Shown here piece by piece: positions 16,259 through 26,395 of a stretch of DNA of 64,000 nucleotides (position 1 is its first letter; each line of letters begins with the position of its first letter). Below the pieces are notes generated by a model. It did not search any database. It worked only from the letters and a program-made list of their open reading frames with translations, and was not told the DNA's origin. The DNA is taken from positions 32,001 through 96,000 of the IMG/VR virus record IMGVR_UViG_3300015608_002132. The stretch is one strand, 5' to 3'. The position numbers and the translations under genes were made by a program. Source of the stretch: a virus. Lineage: Duplodnaviria > Caudoviricetes.

Positions 16259-17617
16259 CTAGTCGATAGACCTGACCACCGCAACCTTGATTTCGTTTGG
16301 CAGGACCCCAGCAGAGGAGTTTCGCACCTCTGCCTTAAACACGGCCTTGGTCGTGTTGATCCAGATGCTCATTTGTTTAGATGACCCGGAGGCGGTGTGC
16401 CGTGGGTAGCTGCCAACGATTGACGTTACCTTTCCGATATGGCTTCTGACCTTGGCCTTTGTCGTAAGGTCCAGCACGTCCAGCGACCCGTCATTCAGCT
16501 GCTTGACGTAGTAGTAGCCGTGGCCAAACGCGGCTAGCAGATAATCAAGCACAACCTTACGACGACTGCGCAGCCTGAGCTCAATGGCTGGCGCCGCAGT
16601 ACGCGTCTGGTTGACGTAGCTCGCAATTCCGATGGCCATCTTGGACTTGTTCACTCCGCATCCACCGACAAGAAACTTGTCCAGTGGATGTGCCTTCGGC
16701 ACAAACTTCACACGGCCGTTGGCCTGCACGCGCTCTTGGAACGAGCCATCGTAACCGCCATTTGCGACCGTCATACCACGTCGGGCCTTGAGCGAAACCG
16801 GCACCGTTCTGCCGTCTCGCAGCACAAGGACAAAGTCGGCCACAAGTGCGCCAACGTTCATTGGCTTGTCTGACAGTGGGCGCCTAATCAGTTGACCATT
16901 GGCCGTGTAGCGATAGTCAACGATGTCTTTTGGTGTAAACGAACCAATCTTAGCTGCAAGCTCGTTGATAAACTTGCTGGATACTGTCCCCTTGCTTTCG
17001 ACTAGCCGCTGGAGCTGGTCGCGAATGTCGTCCTCGTACGTGTGTCCAGCATTTCTACCCTGGCCATACACGAACTTGAACTGTACTGGTCGACCGGTCG
17101 TGGGCTTGCCGCGAAGAACGTACGTGTTGAACTTGCTTGACGACGCGTCCTCAGCTCCGGGTGGAATAACCCGCACAACGCGCAGCCCCGCCGACCGGAT
17201 AAAGGACAAGACCATGTCCGGCGCCGGTGGGTTCTTGGCATCGACCGGCTGAATACGAAACGCTCCCTTGCGTTTCGTGTTGATGTTTTTGCTGCCAGAC
17301 CTGAGTGTTCCCTCGGAGTTTTCAATGATTGTGCGCACATAAGCGACAGCAATCTTGGAAAGCGCCCTGTGCTCAGTGAAGCTGGTAGAAGTATCAGTGA
17401 CACCCATCACAATTCTCTCGGTATCCTCTGCGAGCGACGCTGCGGCTTCGGCATCCGTAACGTCATCACGGACTGATACCACGTCTCGCCGTTGAAAGTC
17501 AAACGGATAATCGTCCTGGTCGACCAGTGGCCTGTCTGGTGGTGCTAGCGGTGGAAGGATTGACGGCAACTCGATCATCTCAGAAAAGATGATCGACGAA
17601 AGTTTCACGTGCGACAT
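16259..17617 (-). CDS. PD-(D/E)XK restriction-endonuclease-fold protein
   Basis: NAGHTYE ... VADFVL ... VPVSLK pattern. Confidence 0.6.
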   Translation of the reverse strand: MSHVKLSSIIFSEMIELPSILPPLAPPDRPLVDQDDYPFDFQRRDVVSVRDDVTDAEAAASLAEDTERIVMGVTDTSTSFTEHRALSKIAVAYVRTIIENSEGTLRSGSKNINTKRKGAFRIQPVDAKNPPAPDMVLSFIRSAGLRVVRVIPPGAEDASSSKFNTYVLRGKPTTGRPVQFKFVYGQGRNAGHTYEDDIRDQLQRLVESKGTVSSKFINELAAKIGSFTPKDIVDYRYTANGQLIRRPLSDKPMNVGALVADFVLVLRDGRTVPVSLKARRGMTVANGGYDGSFQERVQANGRVKFVPKAHPLDKFLVGGCGVNKSKMAIGIASYVNQTRTAAPAIELRLRSRRKVVLDYLLAAFGHGYYYVKQLNDGSLDVLDLTTKAKVRSHIGKVTSIVGSYPRHTASGSSKQMSIWINTTKAVFKAEVRNSSAGVLPNEIKVAVVRSID

Positions 17618-17620
17618 ATA

Positions 17621-18286
17621 TCAAGGCGTAAATAGCCTTTTGGATTGCCGCTGCATGAGCCAGAGACATCGCCTTACGTCCGCTTCGGCCCGATGTGATG
17701 GCAGCTCTGGCCCGCCCGTAGCGGCGTAGATCTCGTGCAACGAGAATGATTTCAGCGGCTTGTCGGTGTGCACAAACTCATACGCACACAACGTACGCGT
17801 ATCTACCCAGCGTTTATCCCACGCCGGGACGAGGTCACCGAACTCGCTTGGGTTGGAGTTCTTGATTGCGGCAAGTTCGCTCTCAACAAAGTCGCGATCA
17901 AACGAACCACCTTGCGCACACATGGTCCTGCCAGCGGTCATTGCAACGATATCGCGCCATTGGTAAGCCGCGTTGTACCACGTGGTTGTGCGTGCGTTCT
18001 CCTGATCATAAGCCCTTGGCGTGTTGGCCCAATCAGGATGCTTCTCGTGGTAACCATTAATCTTCAGCGCCTCAAGCTCGTAGTTTGAGTCATCAGGGCC
18101 ATTACAGTACAGCTCTACCAACTGTCGAAAGACTCGCACGTCACCCTCACAATGAAGGCCGGACGCGTTAAGTGTCGCCAACTGAATGGCCACCTCAACA
18201 ACTCGGTGCTTTTGTGGATCTACCCCAGTCGTTTCGGTGTCGATGACTGCAAGGCGCAGCTCGTTTTTGTTGCCGTGACTTGTCAT
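17621..18286 (-). CDS. DEDDh 3'-5' exonuclease (DnaQ-like)
   Basis: IDTETTG, SFDRDF, HRAEADV. Confidence 0.92.
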   Translation of the reverse strand: MTSHGNKNELRLAVIDTETTGVDPQKHRVVEVAIQLATLNASGLHCEGDVRVFRQLVELYCNGPDDSNYELEALKINGYHEKHPDWANTPRAYDQENARTTTWYNAAYQWRDIVAMTAGRTMCAQGGSFDRDFVESELAAIKNSNPSEFGDLVPAWDKRWVDTRTLCAYEFVHTDKPLKSFSLHEIYAATGGPELPSHRAEADVRRCLWLMQRQSKRLFTP

Positions 18287-18543
18287 ATGTGATGTTTATC
18301 TTTCTGTTCATACGCCCTATCGCAACACCCAATAAAATGCATAATGTCGCGGCCCTCTGACGTATGACAGATACAGCTGCAACTAAGCGTTTTGTTGGTG
18401 TTGGCATAGCGCCCGCTGTATGGTGGCGCTTGCTCGAACCCAAGACTACCACTAGCGGTACGCCAAGTGTCTGGTTGAATTTCGTAACATGTCACCGTCT
18501 CTTTGGTCGGCTGACGTGGTGACTTGTTATCTTGGTTGTTCAT
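18283..18543 (-). CDS. hypothetical protein
   Basis: 86 aa, starts 4 nt after tRNA-Arg. Confidence 0.55.
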   Translation of the reverse strand: MNNQDNKSPRQPTKETVTCYEIQPDTWRTASGSLGFEQAPPYSGRYANTNKTLSCSCICHTSEGRDIMHFIGCCDRAYEQKDKHHI

Positions 18544-18547
18544 ATCT

Positions 18548-18624
18548 TGGCGTCCTCGTCCGGGCTCGAACCGGAAACCTGCGACTTAGGAGGTCGCCGC
18601 TCTATCCAATTGAGCTACGAGAAC
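18548..18624 (-). tRNA. tRNA-Arg(CCT)
   Basis: GTTCTCG/CGAGGAC, GCGAC-CTCCTAA-GTCGC, encoded CCA. Confidence 0.95.
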
Positions 18625-18663
18625 AGCTGGCAGGCAACGCCAGTTACACGACAACGTCGTGTC

Positions 18664-18966
18664 TCAGAACGTGATCAGGTCTTCGTCGATACGACGAACG
18701 ATGTTGTTGTAAGCGGCCTTGAGCGGTACCGGGTCGTTGTCCTCGCGAAGACAAGACCAGCCATTAACAAGCCCAAGGTACTCGTGGAACGTGATGTTCG
18801 GACTGATCACTTCGCGAAGCAGGTAAGCCGCGTCAGTCTCGTTCTCGTGGCTGAGGACGTCTGCGGAGGTATGGTTGGCATGGATCACGAACTTGCCGAG
18901 CGCTTCCATGAGCCGGTTGTTCGTGTTGGCGTAACGGTCATAGGAGGATGCGTTGCTGTTTGCCAT
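18664..18966 (-). CDS. hypothetical protein
   Basis: 100-aa ORF downstream of a promoter. Confidence 0.7.
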   Translation of the reverse strand: MANSNASSYDRYANTNNRLMEALGKFVIHANHTSADVLSHENETDAAYLLREVISPNITFHEYLGLVNGWSCLREDNDPVPLKAAYNNIVRRIDEDLITF

Positions 18967-19053
18967 AATGCTATGTGTTGTTCTTGTGCTAGGTGTTGAT
19001 CGGTGGTTTTTGGTTTACGTGTTGTCGTGGTGCGTTGCCTGACCACGAAAGAC

Positions 19054-19082
19054 AAGGTACAGCGCTCGGCATACGTTGTCAA
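19054..19082 (-). promoter_or_regulatory. sigma70-type promoter
   Basis: TTGACA-N17-TACCTT. Confidence 0.68.
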
Positions 19083-19087
19083 GCACA

Positions 19088-22000
19088 TTAGCATACGACG
19101 TAGGATTCCCCGTCATTATCGACGACCGTGATGAACGCATCGGCCGCTTCCTTCATGGCCGTAACGTGTGAAACGATCAAGATCGTACGAAAACGGTTTT
19201 TCAATGTTTGAAGAAGTTCAATTGCTTTATTACAATTGATTTCATCAAGCATGTCCCAGCCTTCGTCAGCAATGAAAATGTCTGGCTTAGGCAAGCTGGA
19301 TACGTTGATCAGTGCTACTCTGAGTGCAAGGCTTGCAATCATCTTTTCCATGCCGGACGCCAACTCGATTACGCGTCTGGAGTTCCGGTCTTCGATATAG
19401 ACCTCAAGACTGTTGGCGCCGACCTCCGTCTCAAGCAAGACACGGAATGGTACAATACCGGCCAAAATGTGGTCGAGCTCTGCATTGATCTGTGGCAGTC
19501 TTTCCTTGAGAACGTAAGCTGGTATACCAGTTTTGCAGAATGCCCTACAAACGGCGTCCAAACTCTTTTGTTCCTCGATGATTACTGCTGCCTCGGCAGC
19601 GTCCTTCGCCAGTTGTTCCAGCTTGTTCTCATCTGCTCCGAGCTGTTGGTACGACTGCTTGAGTGCTGCTTCTAGCGCTGTAATCTCCCTGGTGAGAGAC
19701 GCATCCCTATCCGTGTTGGCTTTAATACTCTCCTGGTCGGTTGACGCGGACAGTGCTGCATTCACAGAGTCGAGCTCATCGATAAGCGACGCCAGCGTTG
19801 ACCTGTTGCTGTTAATGTGCGAATTCAGCAGGCTAGCCTCCGCCGTTGCCGACTGGTTCTGAGCATGTAGCGCTGCAATCTTGTTTACCAACAGCTTACG
19901 TTCATCCAGCACCTTTTGCGCTTTCTGGCTTTGCAACTGCTCCAACTCTGTAGCGTACTTGTCATACGTTGACTTGAGTTCGGATACCAAACGCCTCTGT
20001 GACTCTAGCTCTGCCTTGTCATTGTGACTGTCCTTGATATAGTGGCACGTTGGAAACATATCGCCACACGGTACAAGGTCCAGTTTGCGAACTGACTTTG
20101 TTTGAGCGTCCAGTTTGTGTGTTGCGCCTTGCAACTTGAGATTAAGCTCTGTTACGTTTCGGTTTAGCGACTCAAGTTCCGCCTTTCGTGCAAGTAGTTC
20201 ATCCTCCGATGGCAATGCCGCCAACCTCATGTCAAGCTCGGCTATATCCGGGGAGAATGACGTGAGCCTTGTGTTGGTTTGTTCAAGCATTTTAAGCCGT
20301 TTGGCAATCTCAGATTGCAACGTGTCGACTTGAGACGACAGCTTGGCTTTCTTTGCCAACAGCTCGTTTGATTTTTCTGCACCGTTTGACCTGAGCCAGT
20401 CCCGTACCTTCTCTCGCTCTGACTTGAGTGTTTCTAGGTTGAGCTGGCACGTGTTGATCTTCTCTTCATTGCTGCGTACCGACAACTGTATGGCCTTCTT
20501 GGTTTCTGACCAGTTGACATTACGGAACCGCTGCCCCTTGATCGTCCACGCGCTCAAGTCGTCATTGGCCAGCTTGAAGATTTTCTCGAAAATATCAAGG
20601 TCAAGAAACCGGTTGAGAATGGCCTTGCGCTGCGTTGCCCCTTCCTCAATGAACCGGTTCATTCCACCCTGACTGGACAGGGCCGTCAGCAGAAAATCCT
20701 GCGATGTCCCAATCAGCTTCCGGATGACCTTGTCGGTATCGGTGCGCGTCTCTAAATTCTCGTTGATGAGTTCCGTGCTGGTTCCGTCTTGCTCTACCTT
20801 GTAAAGCATGAGTGTAGTACCGGCCTTCTCGTCATCTACCTTGCCGCCGCGGCGTGTTGCCTTGACGATGTCTCTCTGAATAACATAATCCGTTCCAGAG
20901 ACGTTCAGAACGACCCGAGACATCCCGGCCGACTTGTTCCTGTTGACAATATGAGCGCTCTTTACTGGCCCTCTGTCTGTTGTGTTGAACAGACCAAACA
21001 TCAGCGCGCCGATGATTGAGCTTTTACCAACGGCATTTCCGCCGAACAATCCGGTAATACCAGACATTTTCTCAAAGCTGAGACTGTTTCCTTCGCCGTA
21101 ACGGTAAAGGTTGTCAAACTCCAAGCTGCGAATTGTCCACACGACATCACGTGGAGAATCCGCGCCTTCTCGAACCCTGTCCATGTACTTTCCGATATGA
21201 TCCTTGGCCTTGGCCTCTTGGTCGTCTGAGAGCTTGAGCGCACCCTTGTTGTTCTTGTCAAGGTGATCCAAGAACAAATGCAGAACGCTGGCCGTGTCGT
21301 TCCTCAGGCTCTTATGCTGACTGGCCTGCTTGTATGTCAGGCTGTTCTCTTGGCTGATAACTGATGGTTTTGACTTGAACACTACCTCGGATACGCGGTG
21401 TATGTCCTTGAACTCATCGTACAGCTCTTTCATCTGTAGGTGAAAGATTGTTTGAGTGCTTGACACCCGCACACGCTTTTGTGCGAGCTCGCCGTGACAA
21501 ATCTCCGAAGCTGCAACGATCGTGCTGGCCACGTCGCCTTGCCATTCGACCGTGATAAACTGGCAGCTGTTGCGGATTGGCCTGAAAGCAACATCCCAAT
21601 CGTCCGCCGAACAGACATCCCAGACAAGATAGCCCTTTACAGTCTCTTCGCCGTAGTTCTGCTGGATAAAGCTGCCAGGATACGCAATCCATGGCTTGCT
21701 GACGCCATTCAAATCCGGCCTGTAGCTCAGGAACTGTGTTTTGTGAATGTCCCCAAGCATTGCAAAGTCGAACCGGTCGAAAATGCTAGCTTCTTCCTCA
21801 CCACCAGACATAACCCAATCGTTGTCGACCTTGCAACCACTAACAGACCCGTGGTACAACGCCACGTTGATCAAGTCTTCATCGGCAACCACCCGTCCCC
21901 AACCACGCTTGTCGAAACAAGAAAGGATACACAGGTTGATTGTTGTGTTTGGAATGATATGGTTGCCGCTGTTCTTGAACAGAACGATGCGTGGGTCATT

Positions 22001-22306
22001 CATTGCGTCGATGATCGGACTAATGGTGTCTTGGCGGTCATCGTTGGTCAAGTTACCGTCGTGGTTGCCAAGGATCGCATAAACCGGTGCAATGGACGCA
22101 AGTTCGCGAAACATCCACGTTAGTTTCTCAATGGCTTCTGGCGTGATGCCTTGTGTTTTTGTGTGCCAGTAATCGCCGGTCGTAATGATGTAGTCGGGCT
22201 TTACTTCGCTGCGGAGTTCGGCAAACAGGCGCTCAAAGCAGCTCGTATATTCCTCGTGCCTGGAGATCCCGCGCCAATGAATGTCGGATAGTTGAACGAT
22301 GCGCAT
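19088..22306 (-). CDS. fused SbcD/Mre11 nuclease + SbcC/Rad50 ATPase (T4 gp47-gp46-like)
   Basis: SDIH, TGD, GNHD, LGDIH phosphoesterase motifs; GGNAVGKSS, coiled coil, ASGME, IADEG, VSH. Confidence 0.94.
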   Translation of the reverse strand: MRIVQLSDIHWRGISRHEEYTSCFERLFAELRSEVKPDYIITTGDYWHTKTQGITPEAIEKLTWMFRELASIAPVYAILGNHDGNLTNDDRQDTISPIIDAMNDPRIVLFKNSGNHIIPNTTINLCILSCFDKRGWGRVVADEDLINVALYHGSVSGCKVDNDWVMSGGEEEASIFDRFDFAMLGDIHKTQFLSYRPDLNGVSKPWIAYPGSFIQQNYGEETVKGYLVWDVCSADDWDVAFRPIRNSCQFITVEWQGDVASTIVAASEICHGELAQKRVRVSSTQTIFHLQMKELYDEFKDIHRVSEVVFKSKPSVISQENSLTYKQASQHKSLRNDTASVLHLFLDHLDKNNKGALKLSDDQEAKAKDHIGKYMDRVREGADSPRDVVWTIRSLEFDNLYRYGEGNSLSFEKMSGITGLFGGNAVGKSSIIGALMFGLFNTTDRGPVKSAHIVNRNKSAGMSRVVLNVSGTDYVIQRDIVKATRRGGKVDDEKAGTTLMLYKVEQDGTSTELINENLETRTDTDKVIRKLIGTSQDFLLTALSSQGGMNRFIEEGATQRKAILNRFLDLDIFEKIFKLANDDLSAWTIKGQRFRNVNWSETKKAIQLSVRSNEEKINTCQLNLETLKSEREKVRDWLRSNGAEKSNELLAKKAKLSSQVDTLQSEIAKRLKMLEQTNTRLTSFSPDIAELDMRLAALPSEDELLARKAELESLNRNVTELNLKLQGATHKLDAQTKSVRKLDLVPCGDMFPTCHYIKDSHNDKAELESQRRLVSELKSTYDKYATELEQLQSQKAQKVLDERKLLVNKIAALHAQNQSATAEASLLNSHINSNRSTLASLIDELDSVNAALSASTDQESIKANTDRDASLTREITALEAALKQSYQQLGADENKLEQLAKDAAEAAVIIEEQKSLDAVCRAFCKTGIPAYVLKERLPQINAELDHILAGIVPFRVLLETEVGANSLEVYIEDRNSRRVIELASGMEKMIASLALRVALINVSSLPKPDIFIADEGWDMLDEINCNKAIELLQTLKNRFRTILIVSHVTAMKEAADAFITVVDNDGESYVVC

Positions 22307-22324
22307 GTTATCGTAACATGCATC

Positions 22325-23347
22325 TTACACCGCGTCGATAATGCTTTTCAAGTAGTATATGTCGTCGAACTCACGGCTGTTGGTTTTTGCAACCGTTGCA
22401 AACTGTTCCCTTGACATTTCACCGGGATCCTTATATGGCCGCGGCAGATTAACCATGCGGACGTCGACACCATAATCGTAGAGCAGCTTTGCCGCCTCTA
22501 GATTTTCCTTCGGGGCGTCAGAGTCCAAGCATATGACAACAGGAGTGTTGTTAAGAACTATTTTCTCAAACAGCGCACATGAACTGGTGATTTGTTTCCC
22601 AAGCAAACATGTTGCATTATCATCGACTTTCATCAAATCAAACACCCCTTCAACGATCGTCAATTCCTCCGACCAGTCAATGTTAAGCTCATTGAAGATC
22701 AGTTTTGTTCGATGAATTGTTGGATTCAGGTAGTGCGGCTTGATGTATTTGTTGTATGATCTGCCGACAAAGAAGTTCAACTTTCCATCGGCGTCGTGCG
22801 ACGGAACAATGATGCGCCCTTTGTAGTCAGGATCGACATTTGTGACGCCGATCTTGAAGTACCACAACTCCCTGGTACCTATTCCTCTGCCTTTAAGGTA
22901 CCTGAGCGCATCAAGTATATGTCTGGGTTGTCGGGTCGAGTCCTCTTCGGCGATGGGCGCCAACAACTGGAACCCGACTGGTAATTCCGGACATGCCCCT
23001 GGATCGAATATAACGGCCCCTTCCGGGCTGTTCCCGATGAGGGACGAGGTATTGAACGTCGTGACCCATTCGGGGGCTAGAATCGGCTTATAGGAGCTCA
23101 GCAGGTGATAAATTGATCTGGCCTTGTAGCCGCACCTCCAACAGTGCGTCAACCAGTTGTCCGTACGGATTGCCAGCTTGCGTTTGCCGCTGTTATCTGC
23201 ATGTTTAGAAGCACAAACGGGGCATGCAACATTGGCATTTAGGCCGCCGTTCGTCAACTTGGCAGGGCCAAAGCAAGCCTCAATAAAGGTGATCGCTTGG
23301 CCTAACGTGTGTTGGTGGTTGCTCGACATGGATGGTTGCGTACGCAT
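22325..23347 (-). CDS. DNA primase (CHC2 zinc finger + TOPRIM)
   Basis: CPVC...HCWRC, GRIIVP, IVEGVFD, CLDSD, YKDPGE. Confidence 0.92.
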   Translation of the reverse strand: MRTQPSMSSNHQHTLGQAITFIEACFGPAKLTNGGLNANVACPVCASKHADNSGKRKLAIRTDNWLTHCWRCGYKARSIYHLLSSYKPILAPEWVTTFNTSSLIGNSPEGAVIFDPGACPELPVGFQLLAPIAEEDSTRQPRHILDALRYLKGRGIGTRELWYFKIGVTNVDPDYKGRIIVPSHDADGKLNFFVGRSYNKYIKPHYLNPTIHRTKLIFNELNIDWSEELTIVEGVFDLMKVDDNATCLLGKQITSSCALFEKIVLNNTPVVICLDSDAPKENLEAAKLLYDYGVDVRMVNLPRPYKDPGEMSREQFATVAKTNSREFDDIYYLKSIIDAV

Positions 23348-23382
23348 GCAATTTTACTGCTACGCTCGCAACAGTCAAGCTG

Positions 23383-23652
23383 TTAGCTGATCTTCTTGCA
23401 GCCTTTGCCTTGCTGGACATGGAAACGCGCGCCGCCCGGTGGTACAGCCGCTTTGAAACCCGACACCTTTTCCGATTTCACTTCCATTGTAATCTTGTTT
23501 GTTCGTTGATCTACTGAAAATATCGGGTAGATATCAACCGTGCCATTAAATCCATCACTGTAAATTTCATACAGCAATTCCTCGACAGCTTTCTGAAAGT
23601 TATGCTTTATCGTAAACGTAGCCTTTTCGTGCTCGGTGACCGGTTTAAGCAT
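23383..23652 (-). CDS. hypothetical protein
   Basis: 89-aa ORF. Confidence 0.6.
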   Translation of the reverse strand: MLKPVTEHEKATFTIKHNFQKAVEELLYEIYSDGFNGTVDIYPIFSVDQRTNKITMEVKSEKVSGFKAAVPPGGARFHVQQGKGCKKIS

Positions 23653-23744
23653 CTGATTTTACTTGCGTGTTCTGGATCTATGGTTGAGCTAGTGGAACAT
23701 AACCAAGAAGAGGGGGAAGGGGGAGGAAAAGTAGACGCACTTAT

Positions 23745-24095
23745 TCAAGTCAACTTACCATGAACAACGTGTACGTGGTCTTGAAGAACAAACGCCACGC
23801 GTTGGTAATACTCGAACTCCACCGGAAACAGCATCACATAATCAGTGCCACCGTGGCTCCTCACGCCGTCTGCCTGTTGAACAAGGCTGCGATGTACCCG
23901 AATCGGATCACCGGCAACCTTGCCAACAGACCTACCCTTGACGCCACCGACCTGTTTCGGCCATGCACAGCCATTTTGGTCATAACGGATGTTGCCATGC
24001 TCGTCGCGTTCTAGATCATATACCGCTACCGTGGCGTCTGCAACTCCGTGTACGCCGTTTCCATATCCAACCTTTACAGTGTCTCCATGTGCCAT
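23745..24095 (-). CDS. hypothetical protein
   Basis: 116-aa ORF with AAGGGA SD. Confidence 0.7.
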   Translation of the reverse strand: MAHGDTVKVGYGNGVHGVADATVAVYDLERDEHGNIRYDQNGCAWPKQVGGVKGRSVGKVAGDPIRVHRSLVQQADGVRSHGGTDYVMLFPVEFEYYQRVAFVLQDHVHVVHGKLT

Positions 24096-24146
24096 GATGT
24101 TGATGTCCCTTGGTGTGTAGTTGATGAAGTTTCAGTAATATCGCAA

Positions 24147-25841
24147 TCAAGGCAACTGTCTTGCTTGTGTGTCTGCCGTAGAACACACGACACAGTTCGT
24201 TGTCAACAATAGCCCGATTACCGAGCTTGCGTGCAGAACTGCTGCACGTTCCACCTTCAGCGGATCGATGATCCCAGCCTGGATCAGCTCACAGAAGACA
24301 TGTTTGTTGGCATCGTAGCCGTACTGGAATGAAGCGCCGCGTTGAAACGCACTTGTGAGCTCGTGCATCACAACGTCTGCGCTCTTGCCGGTGTTTTCTA
24401 CAATGACCCGAAGTGGCATTTTGCACGACTCAATTACAACGCGTACGCCAGCTAGCTCGTCGTCGGATAGCTCGACGCCAAACTCCTTTGCTTGCACTGA
24501 CTTTTCCAGCATGCTCGCGGCAGTAAACAGGGCGGTGCCACCTCCTGGCAAGATGCCCTCCTGCACTGCGGCAACGGTGGCATTTAGTGCGTCCTCGACT
24601 CGATCTTTCTTTTCAAAGATTTCGACTTCAGTTGAGCCACCAACCTTGATTACGGCTACACCACCGGCCAATTTAGCCAGACGTTTGCGTGTGTTTTCGC
24701 GTTTAAGGTCGTCCGTCAAGATGCCGCTGTCCATCAGTGACTTGAGCTGCGCGGCACGTTCTTGTACGAGCTGCTTACGGCTGCCATCTTCACTTACGAG
24801 TGTTGTGGTACCGCGGCCAACAATCGCCTTCTTGCACGTGCCAAGGTCTGATAGCGTAACGTTTTCAAGGTGCTTGGCAGATCCACTGTCGATCACTGTG
24901 CCGCCAGTAACAAGTGCGATATCCGACAGCAAATCTGAACGGTTTTCACCGTAACTCGGCGCCTTCACTGCGCATGAGTACAGGACTCCCTTCATCTTGT
25001 TAACGAGCAAGGTGTGCAGCGCCTCGCCTTCGATCTCGTCGGCGATCACTAGAAGAGGCTTGTTGGTGTTGGCTACCTGCTCCATCACCTTCAGGATCTC
25101 CTTGATGGATGTGATCTTCCGATCGGTGATTAGAACGTATGGGTCATTGAGTTCGGCAACCAGCTTCTCTTGGTTTGTCACAAAGTAAGGCGACACGTAG
25201 CCAGATTCAAACTGCATGCCTTCAACGACATCAAGTGTTGTTTTTACACTCTTGGCTGGCTCAATCGTAATGATGCCATCGGGGCCTACTTTTGATATGG
25301 CTTCTGACAGTAGCTCGCCGATTGATCGATCACCATTTGCCGACACAGTGCCGACGTTAATGATGTCATCCGTATTGCTAACCGGTGTCGCATGATCCTT
25401 GACGAGACAGACGATCTGATTGGCAGCGACATCCATGCCGCGTTTGATGCCAATAGATGAACGTCCAGTGGCAATCATCTTGACACCCTGCGCCAGCATT
25501 GAGTGTCCAAGCACCACGGAAGTTGTTGTACCATCCCCAGCCAGTTCGTTCGTCTTGGCGGCAATTTCTTTCAACAGCTCTGCACCGATTGATGGCAGCC
25601 GATCCTTGAGATTAATTGCTTTCGCAACCGTGACGCCGTCCTTTGTGATCAGCGGTGCGGTCACGCCATTGTCGATGATGACGTTATGGCCAGATGGCCC
25701 CATTGTTGACTTTACAGCCTTGAAGAGTATCTCAGCACCCCTCAGCAGGCCGCTGTGGGCTTCTTCGTCGAATACCACATCATCGTGCCTGTCTGTTGTT
25801 GCAGTGCTGGAAAGACCCTTACCATTATTGTTGTCTGACAT
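24147..25841 (-). CDS. groEL: chaperonin GroEL
   Basis: TMGPSG, ITKDGVTVAK, AGDGTTT, LAGGVAVIKVG, KKDRVEDALNAT, PGGG. Confidence 0.97.
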   Translation of the reverse strand: MSDNNNGKGLSSTATTDRHDDVVFDEEAHSGLLRGAEILFKAVKSTMGPSGHNVIIDNGVTAPLITKDGVTVAKAINLKDRLPSIGAELLKEIAAKTNELAGDGTTTSVVLGHSMLAQGVKMIATGRSSIGIKRGMDVAANQIVCLVKDHATPVSNTDDIINVGTVSANGDRSIGELLSEAISKVGPDGIITIEPAKSVKTTLDVVEGMQFESGYVSPYFVTNQEKLVAELNDPYVLITDRKITSIKEILKVMEQVANTNKPLLVIADEIEGEALHTLLVNKMKGVLYSCAVKAPSYGENRSDLLSDIALVTGGTVIDSGSAKHLENVTLSDLGTCKKAIVGRGTTTLVSEDGSRKQLVQERAAQLKSLMDSGILTDDLKRENTRKRLAKLAGGVAVIKVGGSTEVEIFEKKDRVEDALNATVAAVQEGILPGGGTALFTAASMLEKSVQAKEFGVELSDDELAGVRVVIESCKMPLRVIVENTGKSADVVMHELTSAFQRGASFQYGYDANKHVFCELIQAGIIDPLKVERAAVLHASSVIGLLLTTNCVVCSTADTQARQLP

Positions 25842-25858
25842 GCCGCGGCCGTGCTTCC

Positions 25859-26395
25859 TTATTGTGGCTGACCTGTGAGATTGAATGTGACTTTTCTGAT
25901 TGTTCCGTCCGGCATCACGACTTCATTGGAATTCGCGGCCTCTTGGAAGCGGCTTGGAGCGTTACCGGTACCGAGACCAGCGGCGTTTCCACTGTGCATG
26001 CCAACTTCACTGAGAAGCGCTCCTGGGTCAATTCTTTCAGTGTTTGGAGCGGTGCCTTGGCCGTTTAATGGCGTGTTTTGATCTCCGTACCACAAGTTGA
26101 CACGCTGAGACGTTTCCTCAAGAAGATTGTCAAGGAAACCTGTGAGCCTTGCGCTGATTACTTCACGTATTTCACCAAGGCTGCCATACACTTCACCATC
26201 GACCCTGGAGAGATCAACGATCTTTTGCCTACCGGCCGGGCCAATGGCAATCTTATAGGTGGTCATCTCACCGTTGAGGCTTTTGTGACGCGTCTCCTCC
26301 GTCACAATTCCAGGCAACACCGTAGTAGCGTTGCTGCTTAAAACGTAGATTATCTGGCCGATTGTATATTGCATGGCGAGATCACCGTGCGACAA
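25859..26395 (-). CDS. hypothetical protein
   Basis: 178-aa ORF in the operon. Confidence 0.75.
   Translation of the reverse strand: MSHGDLAMQYTIGQIIYVLSSNATTVLPGIVTEETRHKSLNGEMTTYKIAIGPAGRQKIVDLSRVDGEVYGSLGEIREVISARLTGFLDNLLEETSQRVNLWYGDQNTPLNGQGTAPNTERIDPGALLSEVGMHSGNAAGLGTGNAPSRFQEAANSNEVVMPDGTIRKVTFNLTGQPQ

Noticed and set aside
23745-24095. GroES candidate downstream of GroEL
   Set aside because: Lacks the PLxDRV and mobile-loop GGI motifs.
24355-24954. Long antisense ORFs (also 31516..32220, 37533..38240, 52777..53454, 21479..22123)
   Set aside because: Ser/Ala-rich shadows of well-supported genes on the opposite strand.
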